Shown here one piece after another: positions 38,530-49,425 of a stretch of 52,761 nucleotides of DNA. The stretch spans positions 1 through 52,761 of the forward strand of contig WTKA01000157.1 in NCBI GenBank assembly GCA_011524605.1, in the 5' to 3' direction. The position numbers and the translations under genes were made by a program. This stretch comes from Hyphomicrobiales bacterium (lineage in GTDB: Bacteria > Pseudomonadota > Alphaproteobacteria > Rhizobiales > WTKA01). The stretch's first letter is position 1, and every line of letters begins with the position of its first letter. Under the pieces are notes generated by a model. That model was not told where the DNA came from. It was given only the letters and a program-made list of their open reading frames with translations, and did not search any database.

Positions 38530-40782
38530 TTGAGATTGAGTTTGATGAATTTGCGTAAATCAAAAATTAAAAGAAAACCGCAATATCCCAAACGCTCAAC
38601 CGCTTGGGAACAAAATAATCAGCTTGAAGCTTATGTCAATTCAGCCTTATTTTCCTTTGGCCTCGTCTTAAAGGCCATTAAAGCCCGTCTAACCTATTTT
38701 TCTCAACGATTTCAGCTTAGCTGGAAAGCAAGCTTTTTCTTCTTTGTCAGCTCCTTTGGTCTATCTTGCTTCACTATAGGCTTGATCTTCATGACGCTGC
38801 TCTCTTTGCATCCTTTAGACCTTGCAAACAGAAATTTACAAAATCCAACCCAGATTAGCGCCATTTTTTATGATCGCACAGGGGAGCAGATTGGACGCCG
38901 AGGGGACTGGCGCACAGATCCAATTCCAATTGATGAAATGCCCAACTATTTTATTCAAGCTGTTTTAGCGACAGAGGATCGCCGCTTTTTTGATCATTTT
39001 GGCGTTGATTTTATTGGCTTAGGCCGCGCTATTGTTGCCAACGCGCAAGCACAACGCGTTGTGCAAGGCGGCAGTACCATTACGCAGCAACTTGCCAAAA
39101 ATGTTTTTCTATCTTCAGAAAAAACCATTATGCGCAAAGTGAATGAGGCCTTTATTTCAATTTGGTTTGAAGCCCGTTATACAAAAGCTGAAATTTTGCG
39201 TATGTATTTTGACCGTGTTCAAATGGGGGCGGGTGTTGTTGGTGTTGATGCAGCTGCGGAGTTTTACTTCGGTAAGAGCATAAAAGATATCTCTCTTGCT
39301 GAGGCCGCTATTTTAGCTGGCATGTTTAAAGCGCCCTACCGTTATGCTCCGCATAAAAATTTGCCACGAGCAAGGGCAAGAGCCAATGAAGTGCTATCAA
39401 ATTTAGTAGAAGCTGGTTATATGACAGAAGGTCAAGTCTATAGCGCTAGGATCAATCCTGCAAAAGCAATTAAAAGATCGAAAACTGAAAAGGGCAATAT
39501 AGATTACTTCCTAGATCATGCCTATTTAGAATTACAAGACCTTATTCCTGAAGGCCAATATACGGTGAAGGTCAACACAAGTGCAGATTTAACAATGCAG
39601 CATATGGCACAAGAAAGCATGCAGCACGCTTTTAGGGAATTCTCAGAACAATATGATTTTGATGAAGGAGCAATGATTGCAGCTGATGCAAATGGGGCAA
39701 TTCGTGCTTTAATCGGTGGTAAAAACTATGCCTCAAGCCAATTCAACCGCGCAACACAAGCGCTAAGACAGCCTGGCTCTGCTTTTAAGCCTATTGTTTA
39801 TGCAACTGCGTTAAATGAAGGCTATAAGCGCTTGGATAGGGAAAATGATCGGGCTATTACAATCGGTCGCTACACACCTAAAAATTATTATAATGGTTCA
39901 AAAGGGCGCGTAACCTTGCAAGCCGCTTTAGCCATATCAATCAATACAATCCCCGTTGCGCTAACACACCGTATTGGCCGCCTCAAAGTCGTTGAAATGG
40001 CTGAGAGCTTAGGTGTTAAAACCCCTATTCGCCACAAAGGCAATCCCTCTCTTCCCCTCGGCTCTTCAGAAGCAACTGTTTTAGATATGGCGAATGTTTA
40101 TAATGTATTTTTAAATGATGGCATGAAAACCCCCCTTTATGCAGTTGAAGAAATCTATAATTTAGATGGCAAAATTATTTATGATAAAAATGAAAAATCA
40201 GAACAAAAACCTAAAGAGCGTGTGATACCCAGCTCAGTTGCTCAAGATATGAATATTATGATGCATAATGTGATTTATGGCGGCACGGCAAGAAGAGCGC
40301 AAATTGAAGGGTTACCAACATCAGGCAAAACAGGCACGACGACGGCCAATAAAGATGGCTGGTTTGTTGGTTATTCAGGCAATATGGTCTCTGCGTTCTG
40401 GTTTGGTAATGATTCCACAGAACCCACAAACAAAATTTCTGGCGGCAATGTTCCCGCTATGACATGGCAAAGCTTTATGGCGCAAGCCCATCAAACAATC
40501 CCAACTTGGAAGCCTATACCTGGAGTTGACTTTAAAATTCAAAGGGCTGAAATAAATGAGGTAGTAAATCAACTCTCTACCGAGCAGTCTGATGATAATA
40601 TCATTGCAGACAGCCCTGCCCAATCTTTTATTAGCTATCTAACGCCCAATATGGCAAATAATATAAATGCCTTGCAAGATAGTATTGTTATCACGCGTAA
40701 TAAGGCTCATTATTTACAACAGAAATATCATAGGCAAAAAATTAAAAGTCCTGCTATTTTTTCAACGCTCAAAGCCCAGTGA
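38530..40782 (+). CDS. Class A penicillin-binding protein (PBP1A family)
   Basis: EDRRFFDHFGVD, GGSTITQQLAKN, RQPGSAFK (SxxK), SIN, GKTGT; start uncertain. Confidence 0.95.
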   Translation: MRLSLMNLRKSKIKRKPQYPKRSTAWEQNNQLEAYVNSALFSFGLVLKAIKARLTYFSQRFQLSWKASFFFFVSSFGLSCFTIGLIFMTLLSLHPLDLANRNLQNPTQISAIFYDRTGEQIGRRGDWRTDPIPIDEMPNYFIQAVLATEDRRFFDHFGVDFIGLGRAIVANAQAQRVVQGGSTITQQLAKNVFLSSEKTIMRKVNEAFISIWFEARYTKAEILRMYFDRVQMGAGVVGVDAAAEFYFGKSIKDISLAEAAILAGMFKAPYRYAPHKNLPRARARANEVLSNLVEAGYMTEGQVYSARINPAKAIKRSKTEKGNIDYFLDHAYLELQDLIPEGQYTVKVNTSADLTMQHMAQESMQHAFREFSEQYDFDEGAMIAADANGAIRALIGGKNYASSQFNRATQALRQPGSAFKPIVYATALNEGYKRLDRENDRAITIGRYTPKNYYNGSKGRVTLQAALAISINTIPVALTHRIGRLKVVEMAESLGVKTPIRHKGNPSLPLGSSEATVLDMANVYNVFLNDGMKTPLYAVEEIYNLDGKIIYDKNEKSEQKPKERVIPSSVAQDMNIMMHNVIYGGTARRAQIEGLPTSGKTGTTTANKDGWFVGYSGNMVSAFWFGNDSTEPTNKISGGNVPAMTWQSFMAQAHQTIPTWKPIPGVDFKIQRAEINEVVNQLSTEQSDDNIIADSPAQSFISYLTPNMANNINALQDSIVITRNKAHYLQQKYHRQKIKSPAIFSTLKAQ

Positions 40783-40860
40783 TTTCATTCATTCTGTTCT
40801 TAGCAGATTTTATCTTCGACTATAAATCAAGTACCGCAAAAATTTACTTTCAAAATTATT

Positions 40861-41298
40861 TCATGTTTTTGATCTTGGTCTTGGTCGCCAATCATCTGGT
40901 GCCATTTCAAAACCCTCAAATTCAAATGCTGGACTGACCGTGCAGCCAACAAGCGTCCAGCTACCGAGACTTTCCGCTGTTTGCCAATGATTTTTAGGCA
41001 CAACAATTTGAGGTCGCTCATGGTTATGTAAATTCATACCAAGTCTATGCGCCGATGCATCATGCCCATTAGGCGATATTGTGATAACCATAGGACTACC
41101 AGCATAATAGTGCCAAATTTCTGTCGCATCGACCCTATGCCAATGGGAATAATCTCCCGCTTCCAATAAATAATAAATGGCAGTTGAAAGACTGCGGCCA
41201 TCAACTTTCTCATCATCTCGAAACGTCTCACGATACCATCCCCCTTCAGGGTGGCGCTTTAAATCAAACTGCTCAATAACATCTTTTGCTTGTAACAT
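40861..41298 (-). CDS. Cupin_5 (DUF985) protein
   Basis: HPEGGWYRETFR, STAIYYLL, SHWHRV, GCTVSPAFEF. Confidence 0.92.
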   Translation of the reverse strand: MLQAKDVIEQFDLKRHPEGGWYRETFRDDEKVDGRSLSTAIYYLLEAGDYSHWHRVDATEIWHYYAGSPMVITISPNGHDASAHRLGMNLHNHERPQIVVPKNHWQTAESLGSWTLVGCTVSPAFEFEGFEMAPDDWRPRPRSKT

Positions 41299-41310
41299 GA
41301 TCCGCCCTTT

Positions 41311-41931
41311 TTATTTTATGATGACATACTTACTTTTCAACCTATCTTGTTTTTTGAAATAAGAAACAACAGCAGAAGCGACTTTGCTAGCATGGATCAC
41401 TGGCTTAATCTGTGAAAGAATTTTTATAAAGGCTGGTCTTAATGGAGTAGGTACATGATTTAAAATAGCTAATTTTCCTTTATAGCTATCATCACCATAA
41501 ACAGCCGGCAATATAAACTGCGTAACCGTTATATCAGACAGATCATTGAGTATCTGTTGCGCCTTATATTTACTTTCACCATAATCATCTTTTGCTGATT
41601 TTGCATGGGTGCTCGCCGTATATAAGATGTGTCTTACGTTCTTTTTTCGGCAAATAGCAATCAGATCTTCTAATAGATGAATATTGACCTTTTCAAAATC
41701 ACTCTTTGTACCTTCTTGATCATTATTCAAAATGGCTAAATGAAGTAATTTATCCTCTTCATTCATTATTTCTTCTAATTGAGTGTAATCACACACCTGA
41801 GAACTTGGATATTTTTGAGATAAATTCGCAGGCGTTCGCCCGACCAAAAGCAAGGGAATATCTTCTGATAATAGATAAGGAATGATATTGGATGCAATAA
41901 AGCCGGAAGCACCTGTTATAACTAATCTCAT
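41311..41931 (-). CDS. Short NAD-dependent epimerase/dehydratase-like protein
   Basis: ITGASGFIA Rossmann motif, YGESK (YxxxK); only about 206 aa. Confidence 0.8.
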   Translation of the reverse strand: MRLVITGASGFIASNIIPYLLSEDIPLLLVGRTPANLSQKYPSSQVCDYTQLEEIMNEEDKLLHLAILNNDQEGTKSDFEKVNIHLLEDLIAICRKKNVRHILYTASTHAKSAKDDYGESKYKAQQILNDLSDITVTQFILPAVYGDDSYKGKLAILNHVPTPLRPAFIKILSQIKPVIHASKVASAVVSYFKKQDRLKSKYVIIK

Positions 41932-42021
41932 AGATGAAGCCTTTTTTAAAAATATATAAAAGGCATATTTCAAGGCGGTATTTTAGTCAAACCATACCAC
42001 ATGATATATAAGTTTTAATAT

Positions 42022-42046
42022 AAAAAAGGCCTCAATGAAGAGGCCT
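42022..42046 (-). terminator. Rho-independent terminator after cysN
   Basis: Minus strand AGGCCTC-TTCATT-GAGGCCT then a T-run. Confidence 0.8.
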
Positions 42047-42073
42047 CTTATACTTATTTTGATATACTAATTT

Positions 42074-43534
42074 TTAGGTGGCTGTTAAATCAGTTGGATT
42101 AAACTGTAACTGTTTAATTAGGCTTTCATTTTCTTTAAAGAGGTCTGTCTGCTCTAGCTGGCGCAAAATATGCGTTGGCAAAACCACAACACTCATATCT
42201 GTCGATTCAAGCTGTGTCACATTGCTAACAGATTCAGTGATCATACCGCCAGCCACTGTGTTATTGGTATCAGGGTCGATAAGAATGAAAGAGCCCGTAT
42301 CTCTATTAGACTGATAAGGATCAAAGAAAGCAATATCATCAAACTTTAAGCGGACTTTAGCAATTTTATTAACGCTTAAATCTTTCGAAGCTAACCATTC
42401 ACCTTGGTTTAGATCTAACACTTCTTCTGCCTGAATACGCACTTTTTGTCGGCGACTTGCAGACTTGAGCCAATAACGCTTATCTGCGTTAAGCCCATTA
42501 TCATTTAACACAATCAACTTTGAATCAAAAGCATAGCCTGTTTCAGGTTGCCCCCCAACAGATATAATCATATCTCCTCTTGAAACATCAACCTGTCGAT
42601 CTAAAACTAATGTAACGGCATCACCTGTCACAGCTGCATTTCTAACTAAATCAAAAGTCAAAATTTGCGACACATTTGCACGTTCCCCAGAAGGCAAAAT
42701 GATAACCTCATCACCCGGCTTAATTGAGCCACCAGAGACAGTTCCTTGATAGCCTCTAAATGTTTCATCAGGACGAGAAACACGCTGAACAGAGAGCCTA
42801 AAGCCAATAGATTGAACGGATCTTTTCGAGGCTAATTCTAACGCTTCCAAAAGTGTTGGCCCCTCATACCATGACAAAGCTTCAGAGCCTTGTGACACAA
42901 CATTTTCACCATTAATTGCAGATGTTGGAATAGTTGTAATAGAGCTAAATCCAAGCGGTTTAGAAAGGGTATTAAACTCAGAAATAATCTCATCATAGCG
43001 CTCTTGATTATAATCAATAAGATCAATCTTGTTAATCGCTAGGATAACCTGCTTAATCCCCATTAATGAGACAATATTAAGATGGCGGCGTGTTTGTTCC
43101 AAAATGCCTGCACGCGCATCAACGAGCAATACAGCTAAATCAGCCGTAGAAGCCCCTGTTGCCATATTTCTTGTATATTGCTTATGACCGGGGGTATCAG
43201 CCACAATGAAAGATCTTTTTTGCGTCGAGAAATAGCGATAAGCAACATCAATAGTAATGCCCTGCTCTCTTTCCGCTTGTAAACCATCAAGCAGATTGGC
43301 AAAATCAGGTAAGCTTAATTCACTATTGTCACTATCACGCCCTGCATGACTATTAGCTGCAATATCATCAGGAACAACTTTTGTATCCCATAAAAGGCGA
43401 CCAATAAGCGTGGATTTACCGTCATCAACGCTGCCACATGTAATAAAACGCAGAGGGATTTTATCAGTAGACATTTCCATAACTTCAGTACTTTCTTGAG
43501 GTGTTTCAGTTTTTATAGAAGCTAATTCAGACAT
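42074..43534 (-). CDS. cysN: Sulfate adenylyltransferase subunit 1 (no CysC domain)
   Basis: CGSVDDGKSTLIGRLL, REQGITIDVAYRYF, DTPGH, NKID. Confidence 0.96.
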   Translation of the reverse strand: MSELASIKTETPQESTEVMEMSTDKIPLRFITCGSVDDGKSTLIGRLLWDTKVVPDDIAANSHAGRDSDNSELSLPDFANLLDGLQAEREQGITIDVAYRYFSTQKRSFIVADTPGHKQYTRNMATGASTADLAVLLVDARAGILEQTRRHLNIVSLMGIKQVILAINKIDLIDYNQERYDEIISEFNTLSKPLGFSSITTIPTSAINGENVVSQGSEALSWYEGPTLLEALELASKRSVQSIGFRLSVQRVSRPDETFRGYQGTVSGGSIKPGDEVIILPSGERANVSQILTFDLVRNAAVTGDAVTLVLDRQVDVSRGDMIISVGGQPETGYAFDSKLIVLNDNGLNADKRYWLKSASRRQKVRIQAEEVLDLNQGEWLASKDLSVNKIAKVRLKFDDIAFFDPYQSNRDTGSFILIDPDTNNTVAGGMITESVSNVTQLESTDMSVVVLPTHILRQLEQTDLFKENESLIKQLQFNPTDLTAT

Positions 43535-44451
43535 TAAAAATACCCTTCACGCTTTTTAATTTCCATAGACCCTGCCTGATCTTTATCAATGGCGCGGCCT
43601 TGCCTTTCTGACACAGTGGCTGTTTGAATTTCATTGATGATATCATCTATTGTTGTCGCTTGAGACTTGATACCGCCTGTTAATGGGAAGCAGCCAAGCG
43701 TACGGAAACGAATAGATCCCTTTTGCTTTACTTCGCCAGGCTTTAATTCTAAGCGCTTATCTTCAGCTAAGATAATCATATCATCGCGTTCAATATATTC
43801 ACGCTCCGCAGCAAAATAGAGAGGAACAACAGGAATGGCTTCGGCTTTGATATAATTCCAAATATCAAGTTCTGTCCAATTAGAAAGCGGGAAGGCTCTT
43901 ACGCTTTCTCCTTTAAAAATATCCCCATTATAAATCGACCATAGCTCTGGTCGTTGGTTTCGAGGATCCCATTTATGATCTGAAGTTCTAAAAGAATAAA
44001 TCCGCTCTTTTGCGCGAGAAGCTTCTTCATCACGGCGAGCGCCACCAAAAGCCGCATCATATTTACCTGCATCAAGGGCTGTTCTGAGCGCCTCTGTTTT
44101 CATAATATCCGTATAGCGAGGATGGTTGAAAGGTGTAATATTCTCTTCAGGCCCGCGAGGATTGGTGTAAGAATGCAATTGCAGATTAAAATCTGATACC
44201 ATTTTATCTCTAAAAGAGATCATTTCATCAAATTTCCAGCCCGTATTAATATGCAAAAGTGGAAATGGAATATTACCCGGATAAAAAGCTTTTCGGGCAA
44301 GATGTAGCAAAACCGATGAATCCTTACCCACTGAATATAGCATTACAGGGCGTTCAAATTCAGCGGCTACTTCACGGAAAATATGAATAGCTTCATTTTC
44401 TAAGGCTTTTAAATGGGGGTCAAGAGGGAGTTTAGCTTGTTGCTGGCTCAT
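43534..44451 (-). CDS. cysD: Sulfate adenylyltransferase subunit 2
   Basis: [35 protein letters not shown]. Confidence 0.97.
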   Translation of the reverse strand: MSQQQAKLPLDPHLKALENEAIHIFREVAAEFERPVMLYSVGKDSSVLLHLARKAFYPGNIPFPLLHINTGWKFDEMISFRDKMVSDFNLQLHSYTNPRGPEENITPFNHPRYTDIMKTEALRTALDAGKYDAAFGGARRDEEASRAKERIYSFRTSDHKWDPRNQRPELWSIYNGDIFKGESVRAFPLSNWTELDIWNYIKAEAIPVVPLYFAAEREYIERDDMIILAEDKRLELKPGEVKQKGSIRFRTLGCFPLTGGIKSQATTIDDIINEIQTATVSERQGRAIDKDQAGSMEIKKREGYF

Positions 44452-44494
44452 TAATTTTACTCTGATTGATTTAGATGTTTACGACTTAGGCGGC

Positions 44495-45208
44495 TTATTG
44501 CTTCACATGCAAGCCGCACTCTCTTTTCTCTTCATTCTCCCACCACCAACGTCCGGCACGCTCATGCTCACCCGGCTTTATGGCTCTTGTGCATGGCTCA
44601 CAACCAATAGAAGGAAAGCCTTTTGCATGCAGTGGGTTAATTGGAATATCATTTTGCTCGATGAAAACGGTTAAATCAGCTCGTGTCCAATCCGCTAACG
44701 GATTAAATTTCATTAGATTATAATCTTCCGACCATTCAGCAAATGGCACCTCTGATCTATTCTGGCTTTGCTCACGCCGCAGGCCAACCACCCAAGCATC
44801 AGCCTTGGATAGTGCATTTTGCAGTGGCTTAATTTTGCGAATATGACAACAGGCATGCCGCCCTTCAACGCTATAATAAAAACCATCGCGCCCATATTCA
44901 GATGTGTAATTCGCTATATCTGCCTCTAAAGGATGATATTCTTTAATATCGATACCAAGCTGGATTTTTGTCTGCTTGATTAAATCGACCGTTTCTGGAA
45001 ATAGACGCCCTGTGTGCAAAGTTGCAATTTCAATAGCGAGTTTTTCCTTAGCAATCAGACCTGTAATTGCCTGATCTTCTTCACCCAAGCTTGTAGTAAA
45101 CACAGCATGGGGAAATTGCTTTGAAATAAGCTCTATTCTTTCAGCAGCAGGCAAAGTTTTCATTTGATCGTTTAATTTCGTTGCTACCGCTTCACCATTA
45201 TAAGACAT
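44495..45208 (-). CDS. cysH: Fe-S type APS reductase
   Basis: ACCHIRK, SIGCEPCT, RAGRWWWE, RECGLH. Confidence 0.93.
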   Translation of the reverse strand: MSYNGEAVATKLNDQMKTLPAAERIELISKQFPHAVFTTSLGEEDQAITGLIAKEKLAIEIATLHTGRLFPETVDLIKQTKIQLGIDIKEYHPLEADIANYTSEYGRDGFYYSVEGRHACCHIRKIKPLQNALSKADAWVVGLRREQSQNRSEVPFAEWSEDYNLMKFNPLADWTRADLTVFIEQNDIPINPLHAKGFPSIGCEPCTRAIKPGEHERAGRWWWENEEKRECGLHVKQ

Positions 45209-45243
45209 TTTAAGTTCCGAATTTAACTAACTAACAAGCACAA

Positions 45244-45298
45244 AAGGAAATTTTCCTTAAAATGTCAATATTAAGAAAATAAAAAAGAATTTTTTCTT
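45244..45298. promoter_or_regulatory. Paired palindromes upstream of cysH (candidate operator)
   Basis: AAGGAAA-T-TTTCCTT (45244-45258) and AAGAA-TTTT-TTCTT (45285-45298) flank a minus-strand TTGACA. Confidence 0.35.
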
Positions 45299-45364
45299 AC
45301 TTTAATCGATAATATCAGAATAATATTATTAAATCCGACGTCAACAACAAATACAAATTTTCTA

Positions 45365-46027
45365 TCATTGAAGCTGATTAGAATCTTCAGCGCTATTTTG
45401 CTGCAAATTTATTTCAGTCATAGCAATTAATAAATCTGAGCGCTCTTTCAAAGAATTTGCCTCCAACAAGGCTTGTTTTTCGCGTGATCCAAAAGGGGAC
45501 ATCATAGATAGAGCATTTATGAGGCTCTCACTATCGGCTTTTAATATACCGTCCCAATCTGTCTCAAGATCATTAGCATTCAGATATTTTTTTAAAGTCG
45601 ATAATATTGCTTCCCGATCAACGCCTTCAGTTTCTAAAGGTAGAAAATCACCTTTATAATCATCCCATTCAACTTCAGCCAATCGAAATTTATGTATAGA
45701 TGATAATTCACTTTTGATTCTATAGCGTGAAACACCTGTTAGCGTAATAACATAGCGACCATCTTCTGTTTCTGAAAACAAGGTAATACGTCCAGCGCAA
45801 CCAATAGAGCAAACAGGCTTAGCATGTTCTTCATTTGATTTTACGATTTTTTCTGCAGCGCCAGCTGCGCCAGTTTGCACCATACCAATCATACGATCGT
45901 TTTTTAAAGCATAATCAACCATCTCAATATATCTTGGCTCAAATATATTAAGAGGTAAATTCCCTCTAGGCAAAAGCAGCGCTCCATCGAGCGGGAAGAT
46001 TGGTAATGTGTCAGGAAGATGCATCAT
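45365..46027 (-). CDS. LON substrate-binding (N-terminal) domain protein
   Basis: LPIFPLDGALLLP..LPLNIFEPRY, GCAGRI, EKQALLE. Confidence 0.92.
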   Translation of the reverse strand: MMHLPDTLPIFPLDGALLLPRGNLPLNIFEPRYIEMVDYALKNDRMIGMVQTGAAGAAEKIVKSNEEHAKPVCSIGCAGRITLFSETEDGRYVITLTGVSRYRIKSELSSIHKFRLAEVEWDDYKGDFLPLETEGVDREAILSTLKKYLNANDLETDWDGILKADSESLINALSMMSPFGSREKQALLEANSLKERSDLLIAMTEINLQQNSAEDSNQLQ

Positions 46028-46104
46028 AGCCTACCATAGCAAATTTAAACTCTATTCAATATAGGACAACAAAATAATAAATCTACTAGGGTTTGAGCCT
46101 AGAC

Positions 46105-48153
46105 TTATGCCGAGCCGCGCCTATTAGCCCGCCTTTTTCGCTTACTGCCAGCTTCTTTTTGGCCTGATTGAGCAGAAGAAATGACAAATTTTGGCATATC
46201 AACATTATTCCTCAAAATTTGGAATTCATCTGCACTGTTAGGAATGCCCATAGCTGCAATAAAATGTTCTTGGAAACGAGGCTCAACAGCCGTTTCAATC
46301 TTTTCGATTTTTTCAACGACATCTTCTATTTCTTGGCGGGTATCTTTATTCAATAAGGCGATGCGTGCGCCCGTCCCTGCCGCATTACCAGCAGCAATAA
46401 CATTTTCTAATTGACAATCGGGTATCATCCCTAAAATCAAAGCATATTTTGTATCAATATGCGTACCAAAAGCCCCTGCTAGTTTGATTTTATCAACTGC
46501 ATTAACGCCCAATTTTTCCATTAACAATTTGCAACCTGCATAAAGCGCTGATTTTGCAAGCTGGATAGCACGCACATCATTTTGCGTTACCTTAACAGTG
46601 ACCTCTCCTTCATGAACAAGATAGGAGAAAGTACGGCCATCTTGCAAAATTCGGTTTGATTTTTGGGCAAGTGTCCCATCGATCACACCGTCTTGGGTAA
46701 TGATGCCAGCCAAATACATTTGCGCAATGATTTCAATAATGCCTGACCCACAAATGCCTGTCACACCAATATTCTCGACCTCTTTTGCAAAGCCTTCTTC
46801 ATCAGACCATGTCTCAGAGCCAATAATGCGAAAACGTGGTTCTAGCGTCTCTTTGTCAATACGCACTCTTTCAATCGCACCAGGGGCAGCCCTTTGACCA
46901 GAGGAAATTTCTGCTCCTTCGAAAGCAGGCCCTGTGGGGGAGCTTGCCGCAACCAGCTTATCTTTATTACCAAGCACAATTTCAGCATTGGTGCCCACAT
47001 CAACCAGCAGCGTAATTTCTTCATTGTTAAATGGGGCTTCAGATAAAACAACACCAGCGGTATCTGCCCCCACATGCCCCGCAATACAAGGCAGAATATA
47101 AACCCGTCCACCTGAAGCAATGCTAATATCAATATCAGAGGCTTTAAAAGATTGCGCACTGCCTGCAGCAAGCGCAAAAGGCGCACCACCCAATTCTGTC
47201 GGGTCAATGCCTAAAAAGAGATGATGCATCACGGGGTTGCCAACAAAAACAGCATCAAGCACAACATCTTTTGTAATCTCCGCTTCTTCGCACACTTGCT
47301 CAATAAGCGTATTAATCGCCTCGCGCACAGCCTTTGTCATTTCTTGATCCCCACCGGGATTCATCATCACATAAGACACCCTGCTCATAAGGTCTTCCCC
47401 AAAACGAATTTGAGGGTTCATTATCCCCGATGCAGCCACCACATCGCCTGTTTGCATATTGGTTAAGTGACATGCAATTGTTGTAGAACCAATATCAACC
47501 GCGAGACCATAGAGCTTATCTTGCAATTCTGGCCATACCGCTATGATATGCTTATCATTATAAATGGCGACAGTAATTTTCCACTGTCCTTTACGCAAAG
47601 CTTTTTGTAGAATTGGCAAGATATGTAAATCACAGTCAGCTATGTCTAAATTCCATTGCGCGGCGATTGCTTCATAAACACGCTCTAAGTCACCTTTTGG
47701 ATTATGCATATCAGGCTCTTCGACCTCGATATAATAAAGACGAATACAAGGGTTTAAAATTATATCACGCTCATCAGCCTGTTTGCGCACAATTTGTTTA
47801 TGCATTTCAGATTCAGGTGGCACATCAATAACAATATCCCCCTCAATCTGAGCGGAGCAGCTTAAACGCCTTAAATCTGCTAATCCAAATTTATTTTTAT
47901 ATCGCTCCTCTTTTGCGCCGAAAGGGCTGATATTTTCTGACGTAGAAGTGATGGCATGTTTTGCAAATTCGCCAAAAGAAGGCTCAATTTGACAGCGTCC
48001 ACAAATACCACGCCCACCGCATACAGAATCAATATTCACGCCCAAAGCGCGAGCAGCCTCTAAGATAGGCGTCCCCTTTGCAAAGCGCCCTCTTTTGCCA
48101 GAAGGTGTGAAAATAATAAGCGGGTCATTTTTATTGTCAGACAAAGTAGCCAT
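46105..48153 (-). CDS. 2Fe-2S/ASKHA (DUF4445) RamA/RACo-like corrinoid reductive activator
   Basis: CGGRGICGRC ferredoxin motif, DIGSTT, QIRFGEDLMSR, DVGTNAE, GPAFEG, GICGSG, LAGAFG. Confidence 0.9.
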   Translation of the reverse strand: MATLSDNKNDPLIIFTPSGKRGRFAKGTPILEAARALGVNIDSVCGGRGICGRCQIEPSFGEFAKHAITSTSENISPFGAKEERYKNKFGLADLRRLSCSAQIEGDIVIDVPPESEMHKQIVRKQADERDIILNPCIRLYYIEVEEPDMHNPKGDLERVYEAIAAQWNLDIADCDLHILPILQKALRKGQWKITVAIYNDKHIIAVWPELQDKLYGLAVDIGSTTIACHLTNMQTGDVVAASGIMNPQIRFGEDLMSRVSYVMMNPGGDQEMTKAVREAINTLIEQVCEEAEITKDVVLDAVFVGNPVMHHLFLGIDPTELGGAPFALAAGSAQSFKASDIDISIASGGRVYILPCIAGHVGADTAGVVLSEAPFNNEEITLLVDVGTNAEIVLGNKDKLVAASSPTGPAFEGAEISSGQRAAPGAIERVRIDKETLEPRFRIIGSETWSDEEGFAKEVENIGVTGICGSGIIEIIAQMYLAGIITQDGVIDGTLAQKSNRILQDGRTFSYLVHEGEVTVKVTQNDVRAIQLAKSALYAGCKLLMEKLGVNAVDKIKLAGAFGTHIDTKYALILGMIPDCQLENVIAAGNAAGTGARIALLNKDTRQEIEDVVEKIEKIETAVEPRFQEHFIAAMGIPNSADEFQILRNNVDMPKFVISSAQSGQKEAGSKRKRRANRRGSA

Positions 48154-48285
48154 TTTATTCCTAAATCGTTTTTTTGACTATATAGGTCTAAATATAAAAG
48201 AGATCAATCTATCGAAAAGACTTTGTTAAGCTTAATAGCCTATTATTGAACATAGTAAATTTTTTGTAACTCAGTTTTAGGTTAA

Positions 48286-49416
<1,131 letters not shown>

Positions 49417-49425
49417 TGTCTAAAG

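Noticed and set aside
48232-48246. CtrA box upstream of ccrM (TTAA-N7-TTAT)
   Set aside because: One mismatch in very AT-rich DNA; biologically plausible but not distinguishable from chance.
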